A stretch of 64,000 bases of DNA from Sphaerodactylus townsendi (taxonomy: Eukaryota): contig NC_059431.1 in NCBI RefSeq assembly GCF_021028975.2, forward strand, positions 36,208,001 to 36,272,000, in the 5' to 3' direction. Position 1 is the first letter of the stretch, and each line of letters opens with the position of its first letter. The notes beneath the pieces were generated by a model, which did not search any database, was not told the DNA's origin, and saw only the letters and a program-made list of their open reading frames with translations. The translations under genes were made by a program, and so were the position numbers. This document shows, piece after piece, positions 34,647 through 48,630 of the stretch.

Positions 34647-34807
34647 TTCCTTGTTAAATTATCTAAACAGGTTTTAATGTAGGTGTTGTAATAATTTACT
34701 TGATCTTCATAGAAAGCTTTCTTGGAATTGAGTGCATTCAACGTCTGTTGGAGTTTTACCAACTCTGCTTTTCGATGTTGTCTGTATCTTCTTTGATTTC
34801 TAATATC
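34647..34807 (-). CDS. IQGAP2: IQGAP2 exon (DIRNQRRYR...CLDNLTR)
   Basis: 161 nt, ctttAG / GTgagt, phase 0-2. Confidence 0.95.
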
Positions 34808-35391
34808 CTAAAGTTTTGGAAAAACAAACTGTTCATGAATAATTTGATTTTTTAAAATCTTGCAAGTACAGTAATAGTTGGTCATTACTTAGTTGGTCAT
34901 TGTCATTTAGTTACAGGGAAATGGCAAGAGCACAACTTAAACTCCTTGAGTAGTCCCACAGACAAATATAGTCAAACTAAGGTGTTCAGGAGTAACAGAT
35001 AAATCACATAATTGTATTCTTGTGTTTTATTCAAGTGAAAGCATTAAGTGTTGAACAACGGTTCAGTTTTTATTTACGTTAACATGCAAGCGTACTTGTC
35101 AAATACCTATTTTCAAAGCCAGAAGCTTAACTCTAGAATACATAAAAACAGATGCAGATCCCTGCATAGCTGCAGTATTTTCTCCTTATTACTCAACAAT
35201 TATAGAATCTACACTATAGAATCAGGGAGGTTTCATAATTAGAGCAAAATGTTTCTAGAGACTTGGGAGTTCCAGCATCTTTTCCACAAGTTAAACAGTG
35301 ATGCTACACCCATAGCTCTGATCACTTCTGTTGTCAATACATTTCACAACTCACTACAACATCAGTGTGTTCCAGAGAAATAGACAACACT

Positions 35392-35579
35392 GTATTGTCA
35401 ACGGCTTTCATGGCCGGAATCGCTGGGGTGTTGTGTGGTTTCCGGGCTGTATGGCCGTGTTCTAGTAGCATTCTCTCCTGACGTTTCGCCTGTATCTGTG
35501 ACTGGCATCAGATCCTCTGGCATCAGGAGAGAATGCTACTAGAACACGGCCATACAGCCCGGAAACCACACAAGATGCC
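35392..35579. mobile_element. Penelope-like element fragment with inverted duplication
   Basis: Perfect 51-bp inverted arms 35431-35481 / 35523-35573. 12-bp direct repeat atagacaacact at 35380-35391 and 35580-35591. Confidence 0.8.
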
Positions 35580-35813
35580 ATAGACAACACTCATTGTCAA
35601 AGTTTACTGCTGAACATTGCATTTGAAAGTTGGAAACTTATACTCTCAGAAGAACTACCACTTATTAAATTAATTGACCTATCATTGTGTACAACTTGTT
35701 ATTTTCTTGATAACAAATAGTAAATATGTTTTACAGGAATGTTGTGTTAACATGAATTTGTGCTTAGGGTAAGACAGCAAACATTTGGCGAAATGAAAGA
35801 ATGTTCCAGCAAC

Positions 35814-36026
35814 CTTTGCAATTTCATTGATGATTTCCTGGTATTTATTTTCAGATGAAACCAGTCCAGCCTGTTCCAGTGTCCTAAGGTTCCTCTGGAT
35901 TTTCCTTTTCTTTTGTTCTAATGGTAGCTGCCCTTCTTCGAGAATAGATCTACTGTGTTTCATTTTCTCTGGTGTTTTAGAATCCAAGATTACACGTTTT
36001 TCCACTATTTTTTCGTGTTCAGCTTC
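35814..36026 (-). CDS. IQGAP2: IQGAP2 exon (EAEHEK...EIINEIAK; RGCT)
   Basis: 213 nt, tctttcAG / GTtgct. Confidence 0.95.
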
Positions 36027-38279
36027 CTGAAAGAAAAAGTAATCGACACATTAGTACAAACAACCAACTTTACTAATTATGAATTACAAAAATGGGAATC
36101 ACGGTATCATTGTATGGGTTTGCCCAGTTTTTAGTGGAGATCACGCAGCTTGGAACTGTACATGTGTTTTTTCGGTACATGCATACCCAAGAACTGAAGT
36201 GGTGGATAATCTTTCTGTACTACAAGTTAAAATCCCAAATACTGCCATTCTTGGACACTGCAGTATAAATACCCTCCTTCCGGGTGTCCTGCTGTAAGTT
36301 TAGTGTGTGTCAGAGAGCATGCAGCAGTGCAGAGTGAATAAAACAGTGAAGTATATATCAGCCTTCTCTACTTCTGGTGAAGTGTAACCACAACTTCCTT
36401 CTTGTGGCATGCCTGATAGAATGTCTGATAGTAAACTTCCTACCCAAGTTACTTTTTTTAAAGAAGGGAAGAAATTATACACGCTTTTTAGGTAATCTGC
36501 TCATTACTCAAATGTTCTTGCAAACTCTTCCAAATTCCCAGCCAAAAGCTCCCTCTCTGCTTGAAATCCTTTGCTTCTGGTACTATTCTCAGAGAATATG
36601 ATGAACAACTGTTCCTATTGCTCTGCCATGCTTAAATATAGAAAAATGGTCAGCATGTTCTACTTTAGTCATATGTGGTGGGTGTGGACCGTCACAGTAC
36701 ATCAGGAGACTGGAAAAATAATACATCAAATATCAGAGCTGAGTGTCACATTAACGAATTTCCAGATAATCAGAATATTTTGTACAGAGACATTATTAAA
36801 TAAGTTCCTCATGTTAGTAGCTGAAATTCCTCCACTGTCTAAACATGAATGAGTGATATTAACTATTCTATGGGGGACATCTTCTGGATTCTTTAACACC
36901 AATTTGATAACTGAGGGACAATTAAATCAGAAATACTTGTTTTGCAACCTGAGTCCTTCTTGGAAAAAAATAACTGCAAAACATTTGAATTCTGTAATTT
37001 TGAATGTTTACACTCTGATATAATCTGCATGGATTACAAATGTTCTTATTAACATGATGCTGTATATTATGTTATATTATATTATCTATCTCTTCTTCAT
37101 CAGATTACCCCCTTCTATTATATTTCTGCAGATAAACGTGTTTTACATTTCTTCAACAAAAAAGTATTGCAAAAAAAAATCCCTTTCTTAGCTGTTTTTT
37201 TTTCAGGTTAAATACACCTAATTTAATATATTTACTCTACATTTCACCTGAATTGGCTCCTCAGTTTTTAACCTTTCCCGTTATGATTAATCTTCTAGAC
37301 CTTTCTTCCCAGACTTTTCAACCGCTAAAGGATAAACAGTTATTGTATGCTTGTTTTTCTACTGTGATTCTTGATGGTCATCATTGCAAAGTATACTGAA
37401 AATATAAAGTCTATGTCCACAGAGTTTCCACATATTCTTATATAATAATATATAATTAAAAATTACAGCATCACGTTAATATGAACATTTGTAATCCATG
37501 CACACTATATCAGAGCATAAATATTCAAAATTACAGAATTCAAATGGTCTACAGTTATATTTTTCCAAAAGTACTCATGTTGCAAAACTCATCATTGCAG
37601 AGGTTTCCACACAGTGTCCATATCTTCCTAGACAATTGCTTATGCTATATAAATAAACTCAAGTTCAAAATATTTTATGCACAAAGCCCATAAAAAGTTA
37701 TTACCAACAAACATTTCGTGAAGCATCAGTTCAAGATGTTTTTTACATGTTAAAAACAGGAGTACAGTGTAGAATACTGGAAGAATCTACAATCATATTC
37801 TGAAGGCCTCAGAATTACAAAAAATCTCTTGGCTTTACAACCTCATCTTAAACATGCCCGCTTAAAAGTCTCACAGAAATAATTAAATTCAAAGAGGACA
37901 TTATAGAACAAAACAAGGATGTGGATTTGAAGGTATTCTTAAAAGTTGTTTACAAGGATTATCTTTGCAAGTGACTTATTCAGGAATAATATTATGAAGA
38001 AATAGTGTGGAAAATAGACTAGAGTGTCAGACTACATCTAGGAGTAGTCAAATTCTTGCTTAACCAAGACAGTCTTACCTAACCAACCTTACAAGAACAA
38101 TGAAGCACTTTCAAGACACATGTTTATCGTGACATGAGATTTTGCGAGCCACAGGTCACCTGACAAAGTAAAATCTAGATGATGAAAGTATGAGAAATCT
38201 TTCAAAGCCTTGTATGATTTCAGAGAAGTAGTAAGCAGAACCCCAATTTGGATAGTGGGTGGCAGTGCTGGGCAATAGG

Positions 38280-38536
38280 CAGAAGTGTAGCTGGGCAGGA
38301 GTGTGGCCAGGGCGCACTCTGTGTTTTCTGCCCCCCCCCCCCCGCCCCTTCCCCTGTAGCCCCCCACTTACCTTTTTCCAGCTGGCAGAAAACAGCTTTC
38401 TTCTAACTGAAAAAGACCAGGCTGGTGGTGTGGGGCCAGGCCTGGCAAGGCAGGGCAGGGCAAGGGGGTCAGGAGGTGATTTTTGCGCCGCCCAGGTGCA
38501 ACGCATACACCCCATCCCCTTGTAGCTCTGCCACTG
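38280..38536. mobile_element. hAT-type MITE
   Basis: cagaagtgtagct / agctctgccactg ends, TSD gcaatagg / gcaataag. Confidence 0.65.
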
Positions 38537-38991
38537 GCAATAAGTTAACCTTTTCCACCCACCCACCCACCCCCTGCTATCTCTCAAGGACAAAGTGTGC
38601 GGCTGGGGTGGATGGAGAGGGTTATAACCTCACTTGCTCTAAGGACTACTTATTTAAGACAGCTAAAAATCAAGGGACCCAAACAGGGAACTCCCATCTC
38701 CCATCCAATTAAATCCTAAAACAGCAATCTCTCCAGGATCTACTTAACCAGATAATTTATAAGGATAAAACTGGGGGTGGGGTGGGAGAGAGACACACAG
38801 TACACAAGTTCTCTGAATGAAAAAAGCAGTTACAGTTGTTCACTGAAAGGGCTGGGCTAGCTCTGTTATTTGAAAATATAAGTTTCATAGGGCTCTCTCT
38901 GGACTACATCATGATATTCAAACACTTAAAGGAGAAACAAAATAGAGAAATGTTAATTGATTTAAGTCCTGGTTACAAAATAACTAGTTAC

Positions 38992-39079
38992 CTGATGTAC
39001 AGTTGCAGGCGTTTCCAAGATTTTTGCAAGTGTCTCTCCTGGCTGAGCTCGTATCACATCAACAATAAGTCTTTTGGTC
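38992..39079 (-). CDS. IQGAP2: IQGAP2 exon (TKRLIVDVIRAQPGETLAKILETPATVHQ)
   Basis: 88 nt, cctgattcAG / GTaact, phase 2-0. Confidence 0.94.
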
Positions 39080-39746
39080 CTGAATCAGGAAATAAATTCT
39101 TTCTTAGATCCCTTTTTGTGTCATAGAAGATGACAGTCTATAACACGTACACACAAACTGAAAGCATCTTCTTGCTGGTATTATTCAACATATATATTCA
39201 TAAAATAAATCCCTCACGTTGTGCATTATTTTACTTATATTCATAAAACAGATGTGTGTCTGTATATGTGTGTCTATATACACAATCTGTTATACTAATG
39301 GAAGTATCTAAACTGTAATAAACTAATCCAACAGTTTCCATAGGGGACTTTGCCTGGACGGTAGCTAACCTCTAGCTTAAACCCATGTAGGGTTCATTGG
39401 GATTATTTGCACCAGCACTGTTTCATAGAGTCTATTTTAAAAAACCTCCTGTGACCACATGGACTTGGTGTTTACACAACAGTAACTGTACAATGCTGGG
39501 AAGCCTGCCCCTTGTTTCCGCTTTCCTTTCTTCCCAGACTGTGTAGTAAAATCATTTGTACTTGTGTCTGACTCCCCTGCCACCTATTATGCAGAACCAA
39601 GTTATCAGAATTCTCCTGTGTTTCCCTATATAGACCCTCTAATGTCCACTATTTTGGAACTCCCTCCTTGTGGAGATCCATTTGCACCATGTTTCTCTAC
39701 AGCTTTCATCATTAGGTCAAGACATTTTATTTCAAAAGGTTTCTAG

Positions 39747-39990
39747 CAGGGATGGAGAACTTATGACATGTGTGCCAAAGGTGACATGCCATGCCATTTT
39801 GGGTGGCACATCAGCGTTCACCAATACCTGACAACTATTCTCCCTATTTGAGTCTTAGCCATTTTTGTCATTATTTGATATTTATTTCTATAATACATAG
39901 CATTACATATGACTATTTTTTTAAAAGAATAAATGAATATGTAAATAATTTGTTTTTGACACACCAAGCCCAAAAAGTTTGCCATCATTG
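39747..39990 (+). mobile_element. hAT-Charlie MITE (OC1-like ends)
   Basis: cagggatggagaacttatgacatgtgtg ... tttgacacacc...aagtttgccatcattg, TSD gtttctag / gtttacag. Confidence 0.55.
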
Positions 39991-40245
39991 GTTTACAGGT
40001 TAGTTGCTTGCCATCTTTCTGTCTTGTGGCATTTTCTCAGTACAGGTCAGTACCAGTATACACATTTTTCATACAGAAATTCCTAGTTACAATCCCTAGA
40101 ATCTCAGGTTTTGAAAAAACTGCTTTTGAAGATCTTGGAAAGTTGTCAGAAAAGGTGATTCTTATACTGACAGGTTCAGTGGAACTGTGACTAAAATGAT
40201 ACAACTGGTTATAAAAGCAGCACAAAGAACTTATCACATACCTAA

Positions 40246-40780
40246 GGCCCTTTCCGCATGGGCCAAATACAGCGTCCCAGGGACAGCAAAAACGCTGTTC
40301 CTGGGAGAGCGTTCGCACAGGATGCATTGCTGCTGTGCAGCAGCGCCGTCCTGGCTTTCCCCAGGTGGCATGAAGCCGCCCCTGAAAACCTCGCTCAATG
40401 AATTAGGGTATTGATAAACAGCGTCTTCCCGACGGTGCGGTGAGAAATGCACCGCCAGGAAGCCGCTGCTTTTCCCGTTGGCTCCACTCACCTTCTTGTG
40501 CAGCGTCCCTCTGGAGGGCTGCAGAGACCCATCCATGCTGCCATGCAACCTCTGGAGATCGCAGGGCAGTGTGGGCGGGTCCCTGCAGTCCTCCAGAGGG
40601 ACGCTGCACAAGAAGGTGAGTGGAGGGGGACCACCAAGAGGCGGCTCCATGTGGAGCTGCCTCTCCGGCTGCAGGGGAAGTCAGGACTGCACACACACTA
40701 GCATGCGAAAAGTTCCTGACCCTCCACCGGCATACTTCATGCTGGTGGAGGTGCGTTTCCACACATGTGTGGAAAGGGCC
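40246..40780. mobile_element. PIF/Harbinger MITE
   Basis: TAA|ggccctttcc ... ggaaagggcc|TAA. Internal ~47-bp inverted repeat 40484-40530 / 40577-40623. Confidence 0.85.
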
Positions 40781-42403
40781 TAAGAAACAAGGCAGAAAAT
40801 GGATGACCAGTTTGAGACTCAATACTGGCACTTACAAAACCATCTCAAAGTGTCTGATGCTTGTCTGAGTCAAATGGGCGCATTCTTGAATCAATGTAAC
40901 CAGCTGTACATGGTAACTCAGTGCCTCTTTTGATATATGTAACCAACTCTGCTATATGTAACCACTGCCATTTATGCATTCTTTCCTTGACTTGTGCTTT
41001 ATGGCTTTGCATGCTTTATAGTAAAGGAGGCCTCCCCTGTCTTGCTTGTCCTGTGAGAAAAGTTACTGTGTTAGAATTCCAAAGCTCAAAAAGGATGAGG
41101 ACTGCTGATCTAGTGTTACTACCCAATTCTCTCTGACTTTTCTGGAAACAGTATTGCCCTTTGCTGATGCTCTGCGGTAAAGTTAAGCTATAAAAGCAGC
41201 CACTGGCATGGGGCTTTGAAAGAAATTAAGAACGAGGAGATAGAGCTGTCAGAACATCCCTATTACTGGAAATGATTAAAGAACAAACTTGGGAGTTGAG
41301 AATGTTAATTTTTAAAAGAGCAAGTGTTCCGAAACTTCTGCTTGCACCACGTCAGTTAAAATGGCAGTACAGGATGAATGTGCGTGTATTAATTTTGGCC
41401 ACATTTTGCAGAGTACATGTGCCTATTTTAAAAAGAGGCCACAGAATTACTCATTGTCTCCTTCTAGAAAAGTAAAATCCAAGACAGATGTTTCCCTCTG
41501 TTTCCTGTAATGCCTAATCTATATCCTAATGCTCAGCTTCTATTTCGTAAAAACCTTATCAGTTACTGCGTGTCCTTAATGCAGCTTTTCGAAGAGCATC
41601 CGGTCAAGGACATGCTCCGCAACGTCAGTACTGCATTTTGTGATATCAGCAGCACACAATGTGATTATAGTAGATAAAAAGCAGAGTGTTGAAACTGTTG
41701 TAGAACAGTCTCCAGATTTGGGTTTTGTGTTTGGGTAGAGAAGATAACCGTTATGAGAGCTAAATGTAAAGAAATTTTAGCATGGCAACGATTTGGGATA
41801 AAACCTCCAGTGATATTCTGAGGTGGAAGAAAATGTTCTATCTATAACAAGTCAAGAATCACAATGCATTCCAACTTATGTATAACCCTGAGACCTAGCC
41901 CATTTGCTGCAACACAGGTATTAGTAAATTTTAAAAGTTTCCTTAGTCAGACACAATTCTGGTTTTTGCCTAATGCTGCAGCAGCCTATGTTACTGAAGC
42001 CACCTTCAAGGACAGACATGGTAACAATGTTTTGCTATTTCATCTGCCACAGCTACTGTATTTTCTTAAAAGGAAGATGATCCTGAATGTTAAGACCTTC
42101 AATTTTAAACAAAAAGATATTTTTCATATTGTGTACACTTTTATGCAAAAATAAGCCAACCCCTTTTTTTTCTTAAGGGCACATCTGAAAAAAAACCTAT
42201 TTTTTTCCTTTTGGACAAATACAACAATTCTCTACAGCTTTCATCTGACTACTAAGTACAAAATAACCTCTGGAGCAGATACCTGGAGAGGCAGGATATA
42301 AATGTAATAAAGCAAACAGCAATTCTGTACTGACATGGTTAAATAAGTAAATGTTATTAAATTTGAATTTTGATAGGACTATGTTTTATAAAAATATACA
42401 TAC

Positions 42404-42545
42404 TTCATCATCAGGCCTTTGATGTCCTGTTCTTCACCTTCCCGTAAGTCAAATTTCCTTGTCAGTGAAAGAGAAATTTCTGTCTTTATAAGCTGACTTA
42501 ATGTATTCTCTTTGTTAGAGTCATTGGGATCAACAGCTCCTTCGC
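42404..42545 (-). CDS. IQGAP2: IQGAP2 exon (EGAVDPND...IKGLMM)
   Basis: 142 nt, ccttctgcAG / GTatgt, phase 1-2. GEGAVDPND is the IQGAP2-type sequence. Confidence 0.95.
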
Positions 42546-43249
42546 CTGCAGAAGGTGAAAAGACCAGTGTTAAAACAGAAAAGTACACATACCGGAATTG
42601 GATCTAAAACATGCTGTTCTGCTGTTTAGCAATGCTTACTTTACTACAAAAGAGTTGAACGTATAATTCCTGCTGCTTCCCTGCTCCCACTGTAGACCCC
42701 ATACATGCTGTTCCTGAGACTCCCACAACCCCCCTAGGAGCAGAATTTCAAAGAAGGGGGGGGGGGTTACTGCATGGCAGGATGTGCGTGCGTGCGTGTG
42801 TGTGTGTGTACATGGGAAAGTCCCATTTGGAAAGCTTTGCTCCACTTGCAGTAATTTGGATCTAATCCAGTGTCTTTTCCCATGGTCTTTGAACATTCAG
42901 AAGCACATTAAAACAACAGGAATGAAAAGATCAAGACTCTATAGCAAGGTCACCCAAAACTAGCTACAGTTTATGCAGGCTTGCACATAGCTGTGCAATT
43001 TGTATAAATCACACTGCACCTGCTAATCATGGGAGTGACAAAGAACTGCATGGCACACAGTATCCCAATATTGTTCTTTTCTTTTAAGATTTTACCCACG
43101 CTGTAAACACAGTTTATTCAAATGACTGTAACAGTAAAAACTGGAACATAACTTAAAAACTACATAACTACATCCTGTATTTTTGGTATGGCCACACCAT
43201 GGAATGCACACTGCCCTGACTTTGTTTTCTTTCTATCTACATAAAAGTT

Positions 43250-43551
43250 ATAAGAACATAAAAACAAGCCTGCTGGATCAGACCAGAGTCCATCTAGTCC
43301 AGCACTCTGCTACTCGCAGTGGCCCACCAGATGCCTTTGGGAGTTCACACGCAGGACGTGAAAGCAATGGCCTTCTGCTGCTGCTGCTCCCGAGCGCCTG
43401 GTCTCCTAAGGCATTTGCAATCTCAGATTAAGGAGGATCAAGATTGGTAGCCATAGATTGACTTCTCCTCCATAAATCTGTCCAAGCCCTTTTTAAAGCT
43501 ATCCAGGTTAGTGGCCATCACCACCTCCTGTAGCAGCATATTCCAAACACC
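43250..43551 (-). mobile_element. CR1-type LINE 3' end
   Basis: Near-identical to 23486-23785. Ends about 45 bp from the donor of exon 43596. Confidence 0.75.
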
Positions 43552-43595
43552 ATGTCCAGTTGACATTCCCAATTTCTTTTGTTTTAGGGGCTTAC

Positions 43596-43698
43596 CAAGG
43601 AAAGTCTCCACATCAGGAACTTCCCCCAGCCCAGTCAGAAGTTCGTTTAAGACATCTTTTGGATCAGGAGCAATGGCATCCTGGTGCTCCAGCAATAA
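43596..43698 (-). CDS. IQGAP2: IQGAP2 exon (LLLEHQDAIAPD...VETFL)
   Basis: 103 nt, cttttacAG / GTaagc, phase 0-1. Confidence 0.95.
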
Positions 43699-45028
43699 CT
43701 GTAAAAGAGACAGTTTCAACAAACTTTGTTTGCAAAGCACATTGGACAATTTCCAGATTCCAGGATCTACTCACACATAAATCATCACAGAACTGGAAGA
43801 AAAACTGAAACAAGGACTGTAAGAAGGACCACAGGGGAAAAAATGGTGGAATCTCTCTTGGGGAAAAATGACAACATTAGGAAAATTGGCCCCATGTCAC
43901 ATGTGCCAAAGTAAACAAATCTCTGGAATCACACAAATGCTTAACAACACCTTGTGCAGCCAAAACATGATTCAAAACTACAAGATAGTGAGAATTCCAA
44001 CCAAAACAGGAAAGGAACATATAAATCTGTAATCTGCTCACAATCTCATAACTGCTGTTGTAAAGCAGTGTCACAACTGTACCAGTACTAGTTCTCTCCT
44101 AGCTTAAAATCTCACTACAAAAGACATTTTGCTACAAAAATGCTCAACTGTTGTTAGTGCCTGTCCCCCCCAAAATCAAGGAATTACCATCAAGAAGAAT
44201 TTTAGAAAAGCATTTTTATAAAAGCTTTCAAGAAAAGAGATGCAGTGAATTACATCCATTTCCAAAGAAACTTTGACATAAATTATGTTTTAAAATTAGC
44301 TTCTTGTAGAACAGCTGAAAAGAGGGAGTTATCTTAATGCTTCCTTAATTTCAGCTCCACAAGGCAACCACTTCTACATTCAATCTTTTTACCAAACAGA
44401 GCTGCTAATAGATCCTTTGGGAGTCTACCACATTTTTCATTCTGAAAGCGATAGAACTTCCCACAAACAGTGACAAAATCAAAATAGTCTCTTGAGTTCT
44501 ACAAGCCTGTAAACTAACATTGCTGATATTTCAAACATTTCAGTATTGCTTCCACAGACTAAGTGATAAGCTTTCCAAATTCAGAAATATACTCATAATA
44601 ATATAACTAACCTGATTAGACAAAATCTTCAGCAATTTGAACACTTGTCAGATAACTTCCACAAGATATCATAATGGATGTTACTAGGTCCTAACAGCTT
44701 TGTTAACATACAGGCAACTCCAACAGAAAAAAGTGATGATACATTTATTCTGTAGGCAAGAGTTTAGAAGAACTGAAGAAATTTCTGCCTTATGTAGAAT
44801 AAACAGAAATTCAGCCAGATGGTTAATGAAGCTGGAAACATACATGAAGGATTCCTCTAATGATATGCTTTGCAAGTCCATGACTTCTTGACCCTGTTTG
44901 TCTTCAAGACAGATGTTGAGTGGCACTACACCTAGAAATTTTATTCCAACCATTTTTGGTCTTGTGGTGCTCTTTATTCCTTCTTAAAAGGACATTAGCC
45001 TACATTTAAGTTATGTGTGTGGCTCGTG

Positions 45029-45043
45029 CGTGTGTGTGTGTGT

Positions 45044-45079
<36 letters not shown>

Positions 45080-45108
45080 CAGACAGACAGACAGAGACAG
45101 AGAGAGAC
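45029..45108. repeat. Compound (TG)n(AG)n(AGAC)n microsatellite
   Basis: Visible. Confidence 0.9.
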
Positions 45109-46626
45109 CACAATCAGCTCACATAACCAACACAAACCCAGGTACTAGCCCGAACAACTAATTAAAAATGCCACTTATTTGATCAATCTGGCTACGGTCT
45201 ATACAACAAATTAATCTGAAGTAAACAAATAAGAACTGCAGACAAGCCTTAAATACTAATACAGGAAACATCTGGGTATTTCTGGATCCTATAAAATTAG
45301 AAGGCATTCAGGAACTAAGAATCGCTGTCCCTATTCTGTGTCTGTATTCAAAAGTCCCTAGAGGAGAAGAAACTGCCAGGATGGGTATAACATTCTGCTT
45401 TCACTCTAATCCATGAAATTCCATCACCTCTTTAAGAAAGAGATTCAACTTATGGTGTCCTACTAAGCTTGGGTTACAAGTGGCAGATCAGAGGCATAAT
45501 AATGAAGGTGTTTGAGGTTTTAACAAATATGCAGCTGAAGATATACAGGAAAAGTGTCCTAGATTATGGTGTATTACAACATGTTCCATACAACTAAAAA
45601 CAACAGTAACAGTTTCTCCACATTCACAGCATCTTATGCAGTGAAAGCAACTTTTCACGCAAGAGATTTTTCTTACTGCTGTGAAACTTCAAGGCTGTTT
45701 ACAACTGAAGAAGGAAGAGATTACTAAATGCATGATGATAAACGAGAGGAATGAAAAGCAGCTGTGCAGGAAGATATAACTTTGGCATTGCTTAACTTTC
45801 AAAGAATTTCACTTGACAACATAACATATTACATATGGTAAAACATTGACTCTGTAGTCTTTCAAAAGCCAAAGGAAAAAAGTTTATATTAATCATATAC
45901 ACACGCACACGTTGAAGTTGCAGTTTAGTCAGCTTATCATTCATCTTCAATGTTCACAGACATAAAACTTGAATATTGTTGTCAACATCTGCATTGTTTT
46001 GCAAGTGAAAGATATACATAAATGTGCACTATTATTTGGTACTCTTAAATAAAACAGCACATCATGAAAGTGCAGGGACAAATGATTCTAAGAGTTTCAT
46101 TGTGAGGCTACTCTGAAAGGAGCATACATGTTGCAAACCTAGGTAAAGAAGTCACGGTTTAAAAATGTTAATCTGTTTCTGATTCAACCCAAACAACCTA
46201 CAGGGCATCAGTATTACCCTAAATCATTGGTGGTCTATGATGTAATGGCAGTCTGTAAACCCAGCTGGAGGATGTCATGTTATTTCTTCTAAAGGAAATG
46301 TCACTTTTCGCGCTAGACTCTTGCAAACACTCTCGGGAAAAACTGTCTGGATATTTAAACATTTCATCTTTCAGACAGTTCAGTCTGCTGAATCTGGTTC
46401 CCTTTATAATACTTTGGCTACTAAACGGTCTTAACAGCTGGACCTGCAGGACAAACAAACTTAACAGTGGACAACTGATTTAATTTTTAAAGAGGATTTA
46501 TTTCCAACAAGATCTATGGTATTTTCAAGCCACTGAATCTTACATGCATTCTTGCCCAAGTGTCACTCCTCTCAAGTTAAAATACATAAATAAATATTTA
46601 ATCGAAACTATGCTTTGTACACTTAC

Positions 46627-46759
46627 TGAATGAGTGTTGATAATCTCTTCAATAGAGATATATATAACTGGCTTGCTGAGTGTCACCATGTCAGAGTATT
46701 CATCAATGTTGAATTTTTCTTCAGGTTCAGGAACAATACATGCTGTCTGAAAAAAATTC
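46627..46759 (-). CDS. IQGAP2: IQGAP2 exon (NFFQTACIVPEPEEKF...INTHS)
   Basis: 133 nt, ccctcttAG / GTaagt, phase 2-0. Confidence 0.95.
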
Positions 46760-48630
46760 CTAAGAGGGAAAAAACACACATATTACTTTTCCAAAGGTAA
46801 GCAAACAATACAGCTCTCTTAACTATCACCCAAGTATTGCAGTTTGTACACCATTGCTCAGATTTCTATGTATGTTGCTGTTGTAATCTCCTTGCCCTGA
46901 AGTCTACTGTGTGGTTGAGAATACACAATATCAAACAGTGCATTGATCCAGTGCAAACAGTTACTTACAGTGAACTCCCTGGGATTTTCATCTGCCAACC
47001 CATATACAAACCTGTGAATGAGATCAATCTCCAGAGATATAGAACTGTTTACATAGTCAACTTCCTAGATGTTCTATTGCAGGAAGTGTACAATCTATAT
47101 ATTTACACAGGAAAAAGTGTCTTAGAGGAAGTGCTATCCTGCTCACCCTTGACATTTATATTTGTTCTGCAAATTATGACATTTAAATTGTAATGCAACA
47201 CCACAAATATGAATATACATATGTTTAAAGAGATTATGTGGACTGAATACAGTCTTTCTCTTTATTGCCAGTTAACTTGAAGAAGAATGTTACTGCTATC
47301 ATTTGAGCATGTTTTGATAACTTGGAAATGATAACATAAGAAGAGCACCACTGGATCAGACCAGTGGTCCATCTAGTCCAGCATTCTACTCATGCAAGTT
47401 ACTATGAAGGGCCAAAATTGCTATCAAAAGTTGAGCATTGCGGAAGACCACAGGACACATTGACAAGCATGTTTGAAAATGTGGCAAAAATCTGTAAAGT
47501 TGGCCACCTCCCCTGAACAGGAGCATTTTACTGTGCTAGGTGAATGTGGTAGAAGATGGAGAGGGTTCTTTACAAGCAGAAGTGTGGCCAATACGGCAAG
47601 TCTTAAGTCTTCCTAGGTCTTTGGGAACAACCTAGTCACTCAACAGATCAATGGCTGGTAGAGCCAGATGGATGCTGTGATGTAGTTAAGATGGATGCTG
47701 TGATGTAGTTAAGATGAAATGATGACAAGGCAGGGTTTAATTTTTTTAAGTAAATTAATACAATGGAACATTTTGAGACACTATATAAGGAATCTGGCCC
47801 AAAGCATCTACACTTGGCCTTTTCTGACTAATCAAAAACAACTGACGGCACAGAGCAGACAGAAGGGAGCAAACAACAAAGCCAAGATTTTCAATCCCCC
47901 CATTGCTAATTACCTAGAAGGAGGAATCACTTGGAGGATATTTAGTATGTTTTGGTAACTGTTTTGGTGATTGTTATGAAAAAGTTAGAGTTAAGTACAC
48001 AAGGACAACATCTTGCAAACTGGTCAAAGAATGTCTAAAGTATTCATTCAACACTTAAAATGTCAAGCAAAATCACACATACTGAAATAGTTGGCCCTTG
48101 TAGCATGAGAACGAGTGGCTAACAACAGACCTGATATCCAAGCTCCATAAAATACATTTCACTAAAGCTATTTTCATACAACATCAATTACAATTCAGAC
48201 GCTAGAGAGTCATCCAGCTGTAGGGGCAAAGAGCACATTTTCCCTAAGACATATAAACAAAAATCTTTTCCTGCCATTGTCTAAAGAAAAGACAGATAAT
48301 AATATCACTCAACTAGGAAGGAGTTGTGTATATCTTCCTGGCTGGGAAATACTTCCCTTATAAACAAACAGAGTTGTGTTATCCTTGAAGAAACATAACC
48401 TTTGTTATGACAATCACCAGGGTGGGATAGTTTATTGTTAAATATGAAAGTGAAGGAATGAATGTGTCTAGGTAGGAAAAAATGAAGTTTTTGATACATT
48501 CCCATAAAGGAAGTGGATTTCAGTAAGTAATCTTCAGGAAGTAGCCTTAAAATGATGCAACGACCACCTACAAAAGAGCACCACCCCCTTGACATACAGT
48601 TTATCCATTTGCTTCATCACTGGCACAGAC

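Noticed and set aside
40234-40868. Cluster of ORFs on both strands
   Set aside because: GC-rich Harbinger MITE with inverted repeats; no transposase motifs.
47666-47716. Short tandem duplications (also ~353-390, ~11898-11931, ~49205-49267, ~55149-55185)
   Set aside because: Two-copy slippage duplications without spacers; not CRISPR-like and no evidence of function.
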